62,980 nucleotides of DNA from an uncultured virus (IMG/VR IMGVR_UViG_3300020416_000657) (lineage: Duplodnaviria; Heunggongvirae; Uroviricota; Caudoviricetes): IMG/VR virus record IMGVR_UViG_3300020416_000657; one strand, given 5' to 3'. This document shows, in pieces, positions 27,105 through 35,707 of this stretch. The notes under the pieces are model-generated. The model had not been told where the DNA came from and searched no databases. It saw only the letters and a program-made list of their open reading frames with translations. The position numbers and the translations under genes are program-made. The first letter of the stretch is position 1. Each line of letters starts with the position of its first letter.

Positions 27105-27468
27105 TGAACGAGAATATAGACAACTAGAACTTTTTCTAGGAGAACAGAAAGAGGAGGATGAGTTGACGAATCCCAAGTTTGCGCCTGAAGAACTTGAAAA
27201 CTCTAATCGCATATTTAAATCTGCTACACCAAAATATGACCTTAGTTGGTATATTAAATGGTTTTCATCTATATTAATACTAATAGCACTTACAATTAGA
27301 GCTGCAGATTATCCACGCATATATGATATGTGGTTTGGGTTTGTTGGTATGATTGGTTGGACATATGTTGGAATACTATGGAAAGATAGAGCGATTATCA
27401 TCATGAATGTTATCAGTACCGCACTTCTTCTCATAGGTTTATTGACCCATTATAGAGGAGGTTTTTAG
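27097..27468 (+). CDS. Hypothetical membrane protein
   Basis: Three hydrophobic helices, WYIKW...WKDRAII. Confidence 0.75.
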   Translation: MSDEREYRQLELFLGEQKEEDELTNPKFAPEELENSNRIFKSATPKYDLSWYIKWFSSILILIALTIRAADYPRIYDMWFGFVGMIGWTYVGILWKDRAIIIMNVISTALLLIGLLTHYRGGF

Positions 27469-27788
27469 TGCCAATTTACGAAATAGAAAATACAGAAACA
27501 GGCGAAATCTTTGAAGTCATGATGAAGATAGATGCCAAAGAAAAGATGATGGAAAAGAATCCTCATTTCAGACAAGTACCATCCGCACCAGCTTTAAATT
27601 TTGGTGGGGTTGGTGACAGGGTGAAACCCGATGGTGGATTCAAGGATGTCTTATCTAAAATTGCTGATGCTAATCCAACATCTAAACTTGCCGATGACTA
27701 TGGAAAGAAGGACAAGAAGTCTGTCGCTGTCCGTGACAGTATGAAACGAGTCAAAAAGAAATTAGGTTCTATCACAGACGGTTCCTAA
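27468..27788 (+). CDS. FmdB-like hypothetical protein
   Basis: MPIYE...TGE.FE...K.DGGFKDVLSKI pattern; GTG start after GGAGG. Confidence 0.7.
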   Translation: MPIYEIENTETGEIFEVMMKIDAKEKMMEKNPHFRQVPSAPALNFGGVGDRVKPDGGFKDVLSKIADANPTSKLADDYGKKDKKSVAVRDSMKRVKKKLGSITDGS

Positions 27789-27884
27789 TTGTGAATATTA
27801 CCACTCTACGCATTGCTATTTCAACATAAATATGTAAGTGTCAATATGACACGCTCAATTCATAACCGAAAAGAGGACATTGTT

Positions 27885-28769
27885 ATGAAATGGTATAAAA
27901 TGATTACTGCAATCTTTTTGATTTCAGTAGTAAATGTAGGGTGTGCTTCAGCCTCTGGTGGTAATTACTATGAAGCCGTGCAAAGGGCAGCAGAAGCGAA
28001 AGCGAAAGTGTCTGAAGCACGATATCGAGCTCTCGCTCAAGTCGCATCTAGTGGTGATGGTCAGGCTGCATCCGCAGCTGTTATGGCAATCGCACTATCA
28101 AATGAAGACACAATAGTTCCGCAATATGTCGAATCTTCTGCTCTTAAATGGGCGCAAGTTTTGACACCAACTATCGGAACTCTGGGGTTGGGTATTGTTC
28201 AAGCAAATGTTGCTAAGAACGCTGCTAACAAGGCTGCTGAAGTTCAAATGGCTTCCATGCAGGCAAACGCGGATATCCAATTAGGTCAACAAACCATGAT
28301 TAGTAACATGGGTGGACAATGGGCTGATGTTGCAGCTGCTGGTGGACAGGCAACAGTTGATGTTGCTCTCGCTGGATTTGGTGCATTGAATACCGCTGGT
28401 AACCAAACTGTTACACTTGGTCTCGCTGGGTTAGATACTGCTGATAGTATTGCTACAACTGGTTTTACTACAGTTGATAGTATTGCTACCACAGGATTAA
28501 CTACCGTTGGTACTGTTTCTACAGTTGGCATGAATAATATACTCACTATGGGTCAGTATGGTGTTGATGCAGCTGAAACTTTAGGTATTCAAGGTATGGT
28601 AAGTATTCATGAAACCAATGAAGATTGGTTAACTTATACTGCTGGTAGTGATACTAACTTTGCTCAGATTCTTGCAGATTTTAACGCAACAATCAAGCAA
28701 TTTGGAACTGATTTAGGAACCCCTATTACATGTAATAATGACGGCAATGGAGTATTCAATTGCGAATAG
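27885..28769 (+). CDS. Exported Ala/Gly/Thr-rich protein
   Basis: Signal peptide ending VGC, tandem DSIATTGxTTV repeats, CATAAATA at 27825. Confidence 0.75.
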   Translation: MKWYKMITAIFLISVVNVGCASASGGNYYEAVQRAAEAKAKVSEARYRALAQVASSGDGQAASAAVMAIALSNEDTIVPQYVESSALKWAQVLTPTIGTLGLGIVQANVAKNAANKAAEVQMASMQANADIQLGQQTMISNMGGQWADVAAAGGQATVDVALAGFGALNTAGNQTVTLGLAGLDTADSIATTGFTTVDSIATTGLTTVGTVSTVGMNNILTMGQYGVDAAETLGIQGMVSIHETNEDWLTYTAGSDTNFAQILADFNATIKQFGTDLGTPITCNNDGNGVFNCE

Positions 28770-28783
28770 TTACATAAAAGTTG

Positions 28784-28816
28784 TATAAATAATGGGGACG
28801 ATGAGTCCCCTTTTTT
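28784..28816 (+). terminator. Intrinsic terminator immediately preceded by a late-promoter box
   Basis: TATAAATA 28784-91; GGGGAC-GATGA-GTCCCC followed by TTTTTT. Confidence 0.75.
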
Positions 28817-28832
28817 AATTATGAGGTAAATT

Positions 28833-29306
28833 ATGACGGAAATAAAAAAGATTCTTGACGGTGCGGAATTCGTAGTTAAACCACCCGAAGAATTAAACTT
28901 AAAAGAGCAAGTTGTAAATCCAAAATTAATGGATGAATTTGATAACTTATATGATGAAGATATCGATGCTGAAACAGTCAAAGCATTATCCCACGCATTA
29001 GAGTTAGATTACATTGAAAAATGGAAAGTCTTTGCTCAAATGAAACTACTAGAAAGAAACTTTGCAGTTGCTGAAGCGGCAAGAGTCGCCTTGCGTGACC
29101 AGTTGGTTAAAGCGAATGCTAATGTACAGATACTTTTAAAGAACTATGAAGAAAAAAAGATTGGCCTAGACCACGAGATAAAAGAAAAATTAAAAGTCAA
29201 GGAAGAACTCAAAACAGTTCGTGCTGAGTTAAGGGCCCTCAAAAAACCTAAAGGCCTTTCTAAAGCAAAAAGCGATAAAAATAAATCCGAGCCAGAAAAC
29301 GCCTAG
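28833..29306 (+). CDS. Hypothetical coiled-coil protein
   Basis: RBS GAGG; 157-aa ORF. Confidence 0.75.
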   Translation: MTEIKKILDGAEFVVKPPEELNLKEQVVNPKLMDEFDNLYDEDIDAETVKALSHALELDYIEKWKVFAQMKLLERNFAVAEAARVALRDQLVKANANVQILLKNYEEKKIGLDHEIKEKLKVKEELKTVRAELRALKKPKGLSKAKSDKNKSEPENA

Positions 29307-29315
29307 CTGGTTTTT

Positions 29316-29323
29316 TATAAATA
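29316..29323 (+). promoter_or_regulatory. T4-type late promoter
   Basis: TATAAATA. Confidence 0.8.
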
Positions 29324-29357
29324 GTGAGAAACACAATGTTTATGGAAGAAGTAATTA

Positions 29358-30611
29358 ATGGTCGGATTTTTATCATATCTAAACGAAGATGCACAAGGCA
29401 AGAACCTTCATCTTGAACACCTAGAAGACGAAATTCTTAATTTCGGGATAGGTGGTGCTCGTGGTGCAATTAATTTCCTACAGTCATTAAGAGATATGCT
29501 GTCGGGAAGTTCTCGTTCATCTGTAAACATGACAGTCAAGTGGGATGGTGCTCCCGCTATATTTGCTGGTACAGACCCCAGCGATGGTAAATTCTTTGTT
29601 GCTAAAAAGGGTGTATTCAATAAAACACCACTATTATATAAGTCCACGCAAGAGATAAACAAAGATAGTAAATTACCACAAGCACTAAAACCCGCCTTTA
29701 CAATCGCATTACAAGAATTCAGCAAACTCGGAATCAAGGGTGTATTACAGGGTGACTTAATGTTCACTTCTGGTTCACTTGAATCCGAGACCATTAATGG
29801 TGAAAGATTCACCACATTCCAACCAAATACCATAGTCTATGCTGTTCCCAAAATGTCAGAACTGGAACAGAAAATTAAAGCGGCTAAAATCGGTGTGGTA
29901 TGGCATACTTCATATACAGGTAACACATTGGAAAGTATGAAGGCATCATTTGGTGTAAACATTAGTGGTCTCAGAAAGTCAAAAAATGTATGGATGGACG
30001 ATGCTAGTTATAGAGATACTAGTGGTACTTCTACATTTACAAAAACAGAAACAGCTGCCGTGACTACAAAACTATCGCAATGTGGTAGAATATTCAAACA
30101 AATAAATTCAGCACAATTAGGCAGATTCTTAAAATTCCAAAATGGGTTTACTGGTAAAATGGTTGGCGCCAATATCAAAACCTACAATAATTCAAAAGTA
30201 AAAGTGGGTGCGAAGATATCTAATGTATCTGGACATGTTTCTGGATACGCGAAATGGGTAGAAGACAAATTTGATTCGGAGATAAATAAGTTAAAGACAG
30301 AGAAATCTAAGAGTCAACTAGAGAAAAGAAAAACAGAAACCCTAAGAGAACTAAGTCAGTATACTGCTCTTCTTACCAATGTTATCAATTTCCAGAACTC
30401 TATGGTAGAGGCGAAGATGATAATTGTTGGTAAATTAAATAGAGTAAAACAGTTAATGGATACTTTTGTTAGAACCAAACAGGGATTCAAGGTTACAAAT
30501 CCAGAGGGATATGTTGCCATAGATAGAGTTTCGGGTAACGCTGTTAAACTAGTAGATAGAATGGAATTCAGTTATAATAACTTTACAGCAATTAAGGCGT
30601 GGGATAGATGA
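29358..30611 (+). CDS. Phage protein with ligase-like covalent nucleotidyltransferase motifs
   Basis: TVKWDG (KxDG), QGD, PEGYV, VKLVDR. Confidence 0.65.
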   Translation: MVGFLSYLNEDAQGKNLHLEHLEDEILNFGIGGARGAINFLQSLRDMLSGSSRSSVNMTVKWDGAPAIFAGTDPSDGKFFVAKKGVFNKTPLLYKSTQEINKDSKLPQALKPAFTIALQEFSKLGIKGVLQGDLMFTSGSLESETINGERFTTFQPNTIVYAVPKMSELEQKIKAAKIGVVWHTSYTGNTLESMKASFGVNISGLRKSKNVWMDDASYRDTSGTSTFTKTETAAVTTKLSQCGRIFKQINSAQLGRFLKFQNGFTGKMVGANIKTYNNSKVKVGAKISNVSGHVSGYAKWVEDKFDSEINKLKTEKSKSQLEKRKTETLRELSQYTALLTNVINFQNSMVEAKMIIVGKLNRVKQLMDTFVRTKQGFKVTNPEGYVAIDRVSGNAVKLVDRMEFSYNNFTAIKAWDR

Positions 30612-31195
30612 AAACATTAGTATATGCATTTGGTAGGATGAATCCACCCACAGCTGGGCATGGAAAACTTGTCCAGAAGGTAAAACAACTTGCTCAAAGA
30701 GAAAGGGCAGACCATCTTATTGTAGTTAGTCATAGTCAAGATAAACATAAGAATCCATTGACCCCACAGAAAAAAGTTGCCCATCTTAAAAAGATGTTTC
30801 CGCAAACTAAATTTAAAGCATCTGATAGAGTTAATCCAAACTTTATAAAACAACTAGGATTGATTACAGGGAAGTACGACAAGGTTATTATGGTTGCTGG
30901 TTCAGATAGGGTTCAAGAGTTCCAGAGAATACTGGATAGATACAACGGAAAAGATTTCAAGTTTGACCAAATAGATGTAATATCTGCTGGACAAAGAGAC
31001 CCAGACGCGGAAGGCGTAACAGGTATAAGTGCTAGTAAAATGAGACTATTTGCAAAAAATAACGATTTTAACTCATTCAAAAGAGGGTTGCCTGCTGGTT
31101 ATAGTGGGTCTCAAGCTTTATTCAAAGATGTGAAAAAGGGAATGGAGTTAAAAGAAAATACACATCACACTTTTTCACAATTTTTAAGAGGATAA
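30608..31195 (+). CDS. Cytidylyltransferase-like (HxGH) nucleotidyltransferase
   Basis: FGRMNPPTAGH, KNPL, AGSDR, ISASKMR. Confidence 0.85.
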   Translation: MKTLVYAFGRMNPPTAGHGKLVQKVKQLAQRERADHLIVVSHSQDKHKNPLTPQKKVAHLKKMFPQTKFKASDRVNPNFIKQLGLITGKYDKVIMVAGSDRVQEFQRILDRYNGKDFKFDQIDVISAGQRDPDAEGVTGISASKMRLFAKNNDFNSFKRGLPAGYSGSQALFKDVKKGMELKENTHHTFSQFLRG

Positions 31196-31198
31196 AAC

Positions 31199-31804
31199 AT
31201 GTCTAAACATTTAGAGGGATTACTTCCCACAACAGGATTAGAATTCGATGAAACAGAGGCACCGCATGATGGTAAATGGGGTGTGTACGGATTCAAAGAA
31301 AACGGGCCAGGCATTTCTGACCCAACTGATTTACCAGATGAATATTATGAAGAAGTAGCAGATAGAGAAGAACTTCTTGAACAACTAAAAGAGGATGAAG
31401 GAGTAAAATATGAAGTCTATCTTGACCACCTTGGGTATCCCACCTGTGGAATCGGCCATCTCATTAAAGAAGAGGACGAGGAATCAGAATACGAAGTCGG
31501 AGATGAAGTCTCAGAAGAAAGAGTTATCGAACTCTTTAGACAAGATATCGGAATTGCCTGCCGAGACGCCGTTAATTTATACGGCTGGTCTGGATTTTGT
31601 GAGTGGCCCGAAGAAGTCCAAAATATCAATATCAATATGATATTTAACATGGGATTGCCGAGACTTATGAAGTTTAAAAATATGCATAAGGCATTAGAAA
31701 AACAAGATTGGAAACAAGCTGCTGTCGAGGGACGCGACTCTAAATGGTATGACCAAGTTACCAATAGAGCAGAAAGATTAATGAGTAAATTAGAGGAAAT
31801 CTAA
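31199..31804 (+). CDS. T4-type lysozyme (GH24) with acidic N-terminal extension
   Basis: DEGVKYEVYLDHLGYPTCGIGH (E-x8-D-x5-T), NMIFNMG, SKWYDQVTNRA. Confidence 0.9.
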   Translation: MSKHLEGLLPTTGLEFDETEAPHDGKWGVYGFKENGPGISDPTDLPDEYYEEVADREELLEQLKEDEGVKYEVYLDHLGYPTCGIGHLIKEEDEESEYEVGDEVSEERVIELFRQDIGIACRDAVNLYGWSGFCEWPEEVQNININMIFNMGLPRLMKFKNMHKALEKQDWKQAAVEGRDSKWYDQVTNRAERLMSKLEEI

Positions 31805-32184
31805 TGAGGAATTTTATGTATATGTGGTTACCATCTATTATGGTATTATTTGTTATGGGATGTAGTGCTATAACTGGTGGATTACCAGATAAATTTGACA
31901 GTACAGAGTTTAGTGAATTGGTTCGTTTAAATTTGATATCAGAATCTACTGATTGTTCAAAAGAAGACATTCACGAGGCGCATGAGAAGTCTGCATTTCT
32001 ATCTAAATACGCGGAACATACATTAAATGGAAATAATGCTGAAATTTACCACCAAATCTATGACTTGGTTGGTGAATTGCATGAAAGGGAATCGCCATCC
32101 GATGCTTACTGCAATTTGAAATGGCGAAATATAAATGAAGTAACAGACCGCGCTCTTGAATTGAGTGGTAGTAGGAGAAAATAA
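31804..32184 (+). CDS. Putative lipoprotein
   Basis: Hydrophobic N-terminus ending VMGC. Confidence 0.65.
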   Translation: MRNFMYMWLPSIMVLFVMGCSAITGGLPDKFDSTEFSELVRLNLISESTDCSKEDIHEAHEKSAFLSKYAEHTLNGNNAEIYHQIYDLVGELHERESPSDAYCNLKWRNINEVTDRALELSGSRRK

Positions 32185-32408
32185 TGTCAGAACTAACACA
32201 GGGGAAACTCTTAGAACACTATGAACAAAAGTTAAAAGAGTTAAATCATTTAGTAGATGAAGGAATGTTGTCCCCAGATGAGTATAAAGAACTCGTTGAA
32301 GATTTTACAGATGTAGAGGCAATAAAAGCAGATATTAAGGAAGAAAAACTTAAAGTATTTGCTGAAATGATAGTAACGCACCTTTCGACACTAATCAAAA
32401 TATTATAA
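32184..32408 (+). CDS. Hypothetical protein
   Basis: RBS AGGAG; 74-aa ORF. Confidence 0.7.
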   Translation: MSELTQGKLLEHYEQKLKELNHLVDEGMLSPDEYKELVEDFTDVEAIKADIKEEKLKVFAEMIVTHLSTLIKIL

Positions 32409-32411
32409 ATA
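32404..32411 (+). promoter_or_regulatory. T4-type late promoter
   Basis: TATAAATA 8 nt before ATG 32420. Confidence 0.8.
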
Positions 32412-32419
32412 GTGTTACT

Positions 32420-34705
32420 ATGGAAAAGACCTTTGCAGCCTTTGTAGACATACCCGAGCTTGAAGAGGGAGTTAATGACCCTGCTATCTTCAAAGCAGTT
32501 TTCCTTGCCGGCGGGCCTGGGTCTGGTAAGTCTTTTATGGTTGGTCAAACAGGTCTAAATTCACTAGGTTTCAAAGTAGTCAACTCTGACACACAATTTG
32601 AACTCGCATTAAAAAACGCTGGTTTATCTATGAAAGCAGCGGATATATTCTCAACAAAAGGTCAATCTCTCAGAGACCGCGCTAAGTTTTTAACACAGAA
32701 AAGACAAGACAGTTATCTAAACGGAAGACTTGGATTAGTTATTGACGGTACTGGTAGAGAGTACGACAAGATATCAAAACAGAAAAAAGATTTGGAAAAA
32801 CTGGGTTATGAGACTGCCATGATAATGGTTAATACAGACCTAGATACTGCTGTTGCTAGAGACCAAGCAAGAACTAGAACATTGGGCCCAGCTGCAATTA
32901 CTCCAATGTGGCAGTCAGTACAAAAAAATATAGGTAGATTTTCAAACCTCTTCAAACAAAATATGTTTATTGTAGATAACTCAGATGGCGCAGACTTTAA
33001 AAGCGGTGCGATGTCTGTATATAGAAGTCTTATGTCTTGGTCAAGGAGACCACCACAAGACAGACGGGCGAAAGCATGGATTAAAGACCAGAAACAACAA
33101 CGCAACATTAAAGAAGAAAAAAAGAATTGTGGGTGTGGACAAGACCCTTGTATCACATATGGTAAAAAAGAACTAAAACAAAGAATCAAAGAAGAATTAC
33201 CACCGCATTTAAAAAGACATTTCGATAAGAAAGGAAATGTAATCAAGGGTACATGGAAAGATGGTAAGTGGAGTCCAGATAAGAAACAACCAAAAATCAA
33301 GACCACTATCAGAGATGTAACACCAAAGGGATATGGCCCAACCGAAGATATCAAGAAGATGGATATGGGTGATGTCATCAAAGATTTTTACAAAAGTGAT
33401 GCACCTCAGTTTAAAGGTAAATCTAAAAAGAAACGCAGAGAGATGGCGATTGCCGCTAAACTTTCTACTGAAGGAGTTTTTGACAGGGATTCCAAATCAA
33501 ACTCTTTCAACAGAACTAAGTCTAAAACCACAAAAGTAAAATTGGGTACTAAGGGTGGTAAACCAGTATACGGAAAATCTACTGCCCCACAAGGATTCCC
33601 AAAACTATCTAATGAAGAAAGAGCTCAAATGGCAATGGAAGATTTACGCAAGTGGTTTGGTAAAGGCCCAAAAGGTGATTGGGTTCGCGTGGGTACAGAT
33701 GGTGAAATCAAAGGAGATTGTGCAAGAGAGCCTGGCGAAGGTAAACCAAAGTGTATGCCTCGTTCAAAAGCTCATAGTATGTCCAAAGATGACAGAGCAA
33801 CATCTGCCAGAAGGAAACGCAGAAAAGACCCAGTTGCAGACAGGAAAGGTAAGGGTGGAAAACCAATTATGGTTAAAACCGATGTGGATGAGGAATACAA
33901 ATATGAATGGGGCACTCCAGAGGCAACTGCATATATGAAAGCGTTGACGCCTGGCGAGCCTGGTAAGACCACTAAAAAGAATAGGTCTAATGGAAACAAT
34001 AACCACTACAAGGCAGTAAAAGAAGAACAAGATATGGATTTTGAGGGAATTATTACCCTTGATAACGATTGGTCTGCAATATTTCAAGAACAAGAAATAG
34101 AAGAACTTGAGAGAGAAGTTGATGAACTCTCATTTGAAGATATGGTAGCTCTTGGGATGTATGACGAAGATGAAATGGAAGATTTTGAAGAAATAGACCA
34201 AGACAACGATTGGCACGATGAAGTACAAATAACAGAGGTTCTATCCATTCAAGGTAGAATGAAAAGACGATTCGCTGCTAGGAGAAATAGACAAAAACTT
34301 AAAGTTGCTCGTATGAGAGCCGCGAGAAGGGCAGCTGACCCAACTAGGTTGAAGAGGCGTGCTACTCGTGGTGCGAGGAATATGTTGAAAGCTAGAATTG
34401 CGAGAGGGAGAGACATAGGTTCTTTACCACCCGCTGAAAAAGCTCGTATCGAAGGTATGGTCATGAGATTTTCTGGATTAGTATCTAGGATTGCTCAGAG
34501 GATGATACCTATTGTTCGTAAGAACGAAATGAAGAGATTAAAATCTGGTTCAAGACAGAAATCCCAGAAGGCGAAGAAGTATAATCCAAAGAAAGCATTG
34601 GCTTCTGCTTCAAAACAGAAGGGTAAAAAGTTTAAGGCAAGTAAAAAAACATTTGCTAAACCAAAATTAGCAAGCAAACCAAAGGCGGCGAAGAAAACGA
34701 AATGA
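32420..34705 (+). CDS. Multidomain late protein with N-terminal zeta-toxin/AAA_33-like P-loop kinase
   Basis: LAGGPGSGKS, VNSD, VIDGTG, RDQAR.R; then basic modules separated by Glu-ending linkers. Confidence 0.75.
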   Translation: MEKTFAAFVDIPELEEGVNDPAIFKAVFLAGGPGSGKSFMVGQTGLNSLGFKVVNSDTQFELALKNAGLSMKAADIFSTKGQSLRDRAKFLTQKRQDSYLNGRLGLVIDGTGREYDKISKQKKDLEKLGYETAMIMVNTDLDTAVARDQARTRTLGPAAITPMWQSVQKNIGRFSNLFKQNMFIVDNSDGADFKSGAMSVYRSLMSWSRRPPQDRRAKAWIKDQKQQRNIKEEKKNCGCGQDPCITYGKKELKQRIKEELPPHLKRHFDKKGNVIKGTWKDGKWSPDKKQPKIKTTIRDVTPKGYGPTEDIKKMDMGDVIKDFYKSDAPQFKGKSKKKRREMAIAAKLSTEGVFDRDSKSNSFNRTKSKTTKVKLGTKGGKPVYGKSTAPQGFPKLSNEERAQMAMEDLRKWFGKGPKGDWVRVGTDGEIKGDCAREPGEGKPKCMPRSKAHSMSKDDRATSARRKRRKDPVADRKGKGGKPIMVKTDVDEEYKYEWGTPEATAYMKALTPGEPGKTTKKNRSNGNNNHYKAVKEEQDMDFEGIITLDNDWSAIFQEQEIEELEREVDELSFEDMVALGMYDEDEMEDFEEIDQDNDWHDEVQITEVLSIQGRMKRRFAARRNRQKLKVARMRAARRAADPTRLKRRATRGARNMLKARIARGRDIGSLPPAEKARIEGMVMRFSGLVSRIAQRMIPIVRKNEMKRLKSGSRQKSQKAKKYNPKKALASASKQKGKKFKASKKTFAKPKLASKPKAAKKTK

Positions 34706-35178
34706 TTACATTCAAACAACTAATAGAAAAAAATGTACCGACCAATCCAAAGTTATGGTCTAAATTTAAATCACAGGCAAAGGCGAAGTTCGATGTCTAT
34801 CCATCAGCATATGCTAATGGGTGGGCTGCTAAGAAGTATAAAGCTGCTGGTGGTGGATGGAAGACTGTATCTGAATCTTTATCTGAAGAGACTGGCGAAG
34901 AAATCACTATCATTACAGAAGAGGGTGAAAAGAAAAAAGTCAAATTAGGTAAAGTCCAGAGAGGCGGTAGTAAGAAATTTTTTGTGCATGTTAAGAACGA
35001 CAAAGGAAATGTTGTAAAAGTATCCTTTGGTGACCCTAACATGGAGATTAAACGAGATGACCCAGAGAGAAGGAAGTCATTTCGAGCAAGGCACAATTGC
35101 GACAATCCAGGCCCGCGCTGGAAAGCAAGATACTGGAGTTGTAAGCAATGGAGGGCTGGTTCAAAAGTAGAGGACTGA
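34702..35178 (+). CDS. Basic two-module late protein
   Basis: MITFKQLIE leader; KFDVYPSAYAN...GGGW; SFGDPNM...SFRARHNC...ARYWSC. Confidence 0.8.
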   Translation: MITFKQLIEKNVPTNPKLWSKFKSQAKAKFDVYPSAYANGWAAKKYKAAGGGWKTVSESLSEETGEEITIITEEGEKKKVKLGKVQRGGSKKFFVHVKNDKGNVVKVSFGDPNMEIKRDDPERRKSFRARHNCDNPGPRWKARYWSCKQWRAGSKVED

Positions 35179-35179
35179 T

Positions 35180-35413
35180 ATGATAGAGTGGTTGAAAAGA
35201 CTCTGGTTAGAGGAATACGAAGTTACTATTTGGTTTAATAAAGAAAAACTGAATCCATTTGCTGATGAGAAAGTAAGAAGCAAAAAGGTATTTTTTATGA
35301 AAAAAATACAAACCAAAAAACAAACCCATTTTAGAGGTATAGATATAGATAACAATCAGATTGAAATAAGAACTACTGAACCCTTTGACTACCAAATTAA
35401 AAAGATTTACTAA
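35180..35413 (+). CDS. Hypothetical protein
   Basis: RBS GAGG; 77-aa ORF. Confidence 0.7.
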   Translation: MIEWLKRLWLEEYEVTIWFNKEKLNPFADEKVRSKKVFFMKKIQTKKQTHFRGIDIDNNQIEIRTTEPFDYQIKKIY

Positions 35414-35622
35414 TGGACGGAACAAATATACACATAACACCAATTGCTCCAACATCGACTACTATGCACTCTTGGACAGATAGGCAAGTTGTGACTAAGG
35501 TGTTGTCTGGTGAAAATGGACAAGTTCAAGTAAAACAAGATATTTACAACACAACAATTTATGATGTTAATGGTAATAAACAAACAGTTACTAACTCACA
35601 CACCATAGATTACTTAGTTTAA
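35413..35622 (+). CDS. Hypothetical protein
   Basis: Translationally coupled 69-aa ORF. Confidence 0.65.
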   Translation: MDGTNIHITPIAPTSTTMHSWTDRQVVTKVLSGENGQVQVKQDIYNTTIYDVNGNKQTVTNSHTIDYLV

Positions 35623-35665
35623 CATTATGTTCTTGTGATTATTAAGAACCCTAGCACTTGAACTT

Positions 35666-35673
35666 TATAAATA
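35666..35673 (+). promoter_or_regulatory. T4-type late promoter
   Basis: TATAAATA. Confidence 0.8.
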
Positions 35674-35707
35674 ATACCAATAAACAAATTTATATTGGAG
35701 ATACCAA

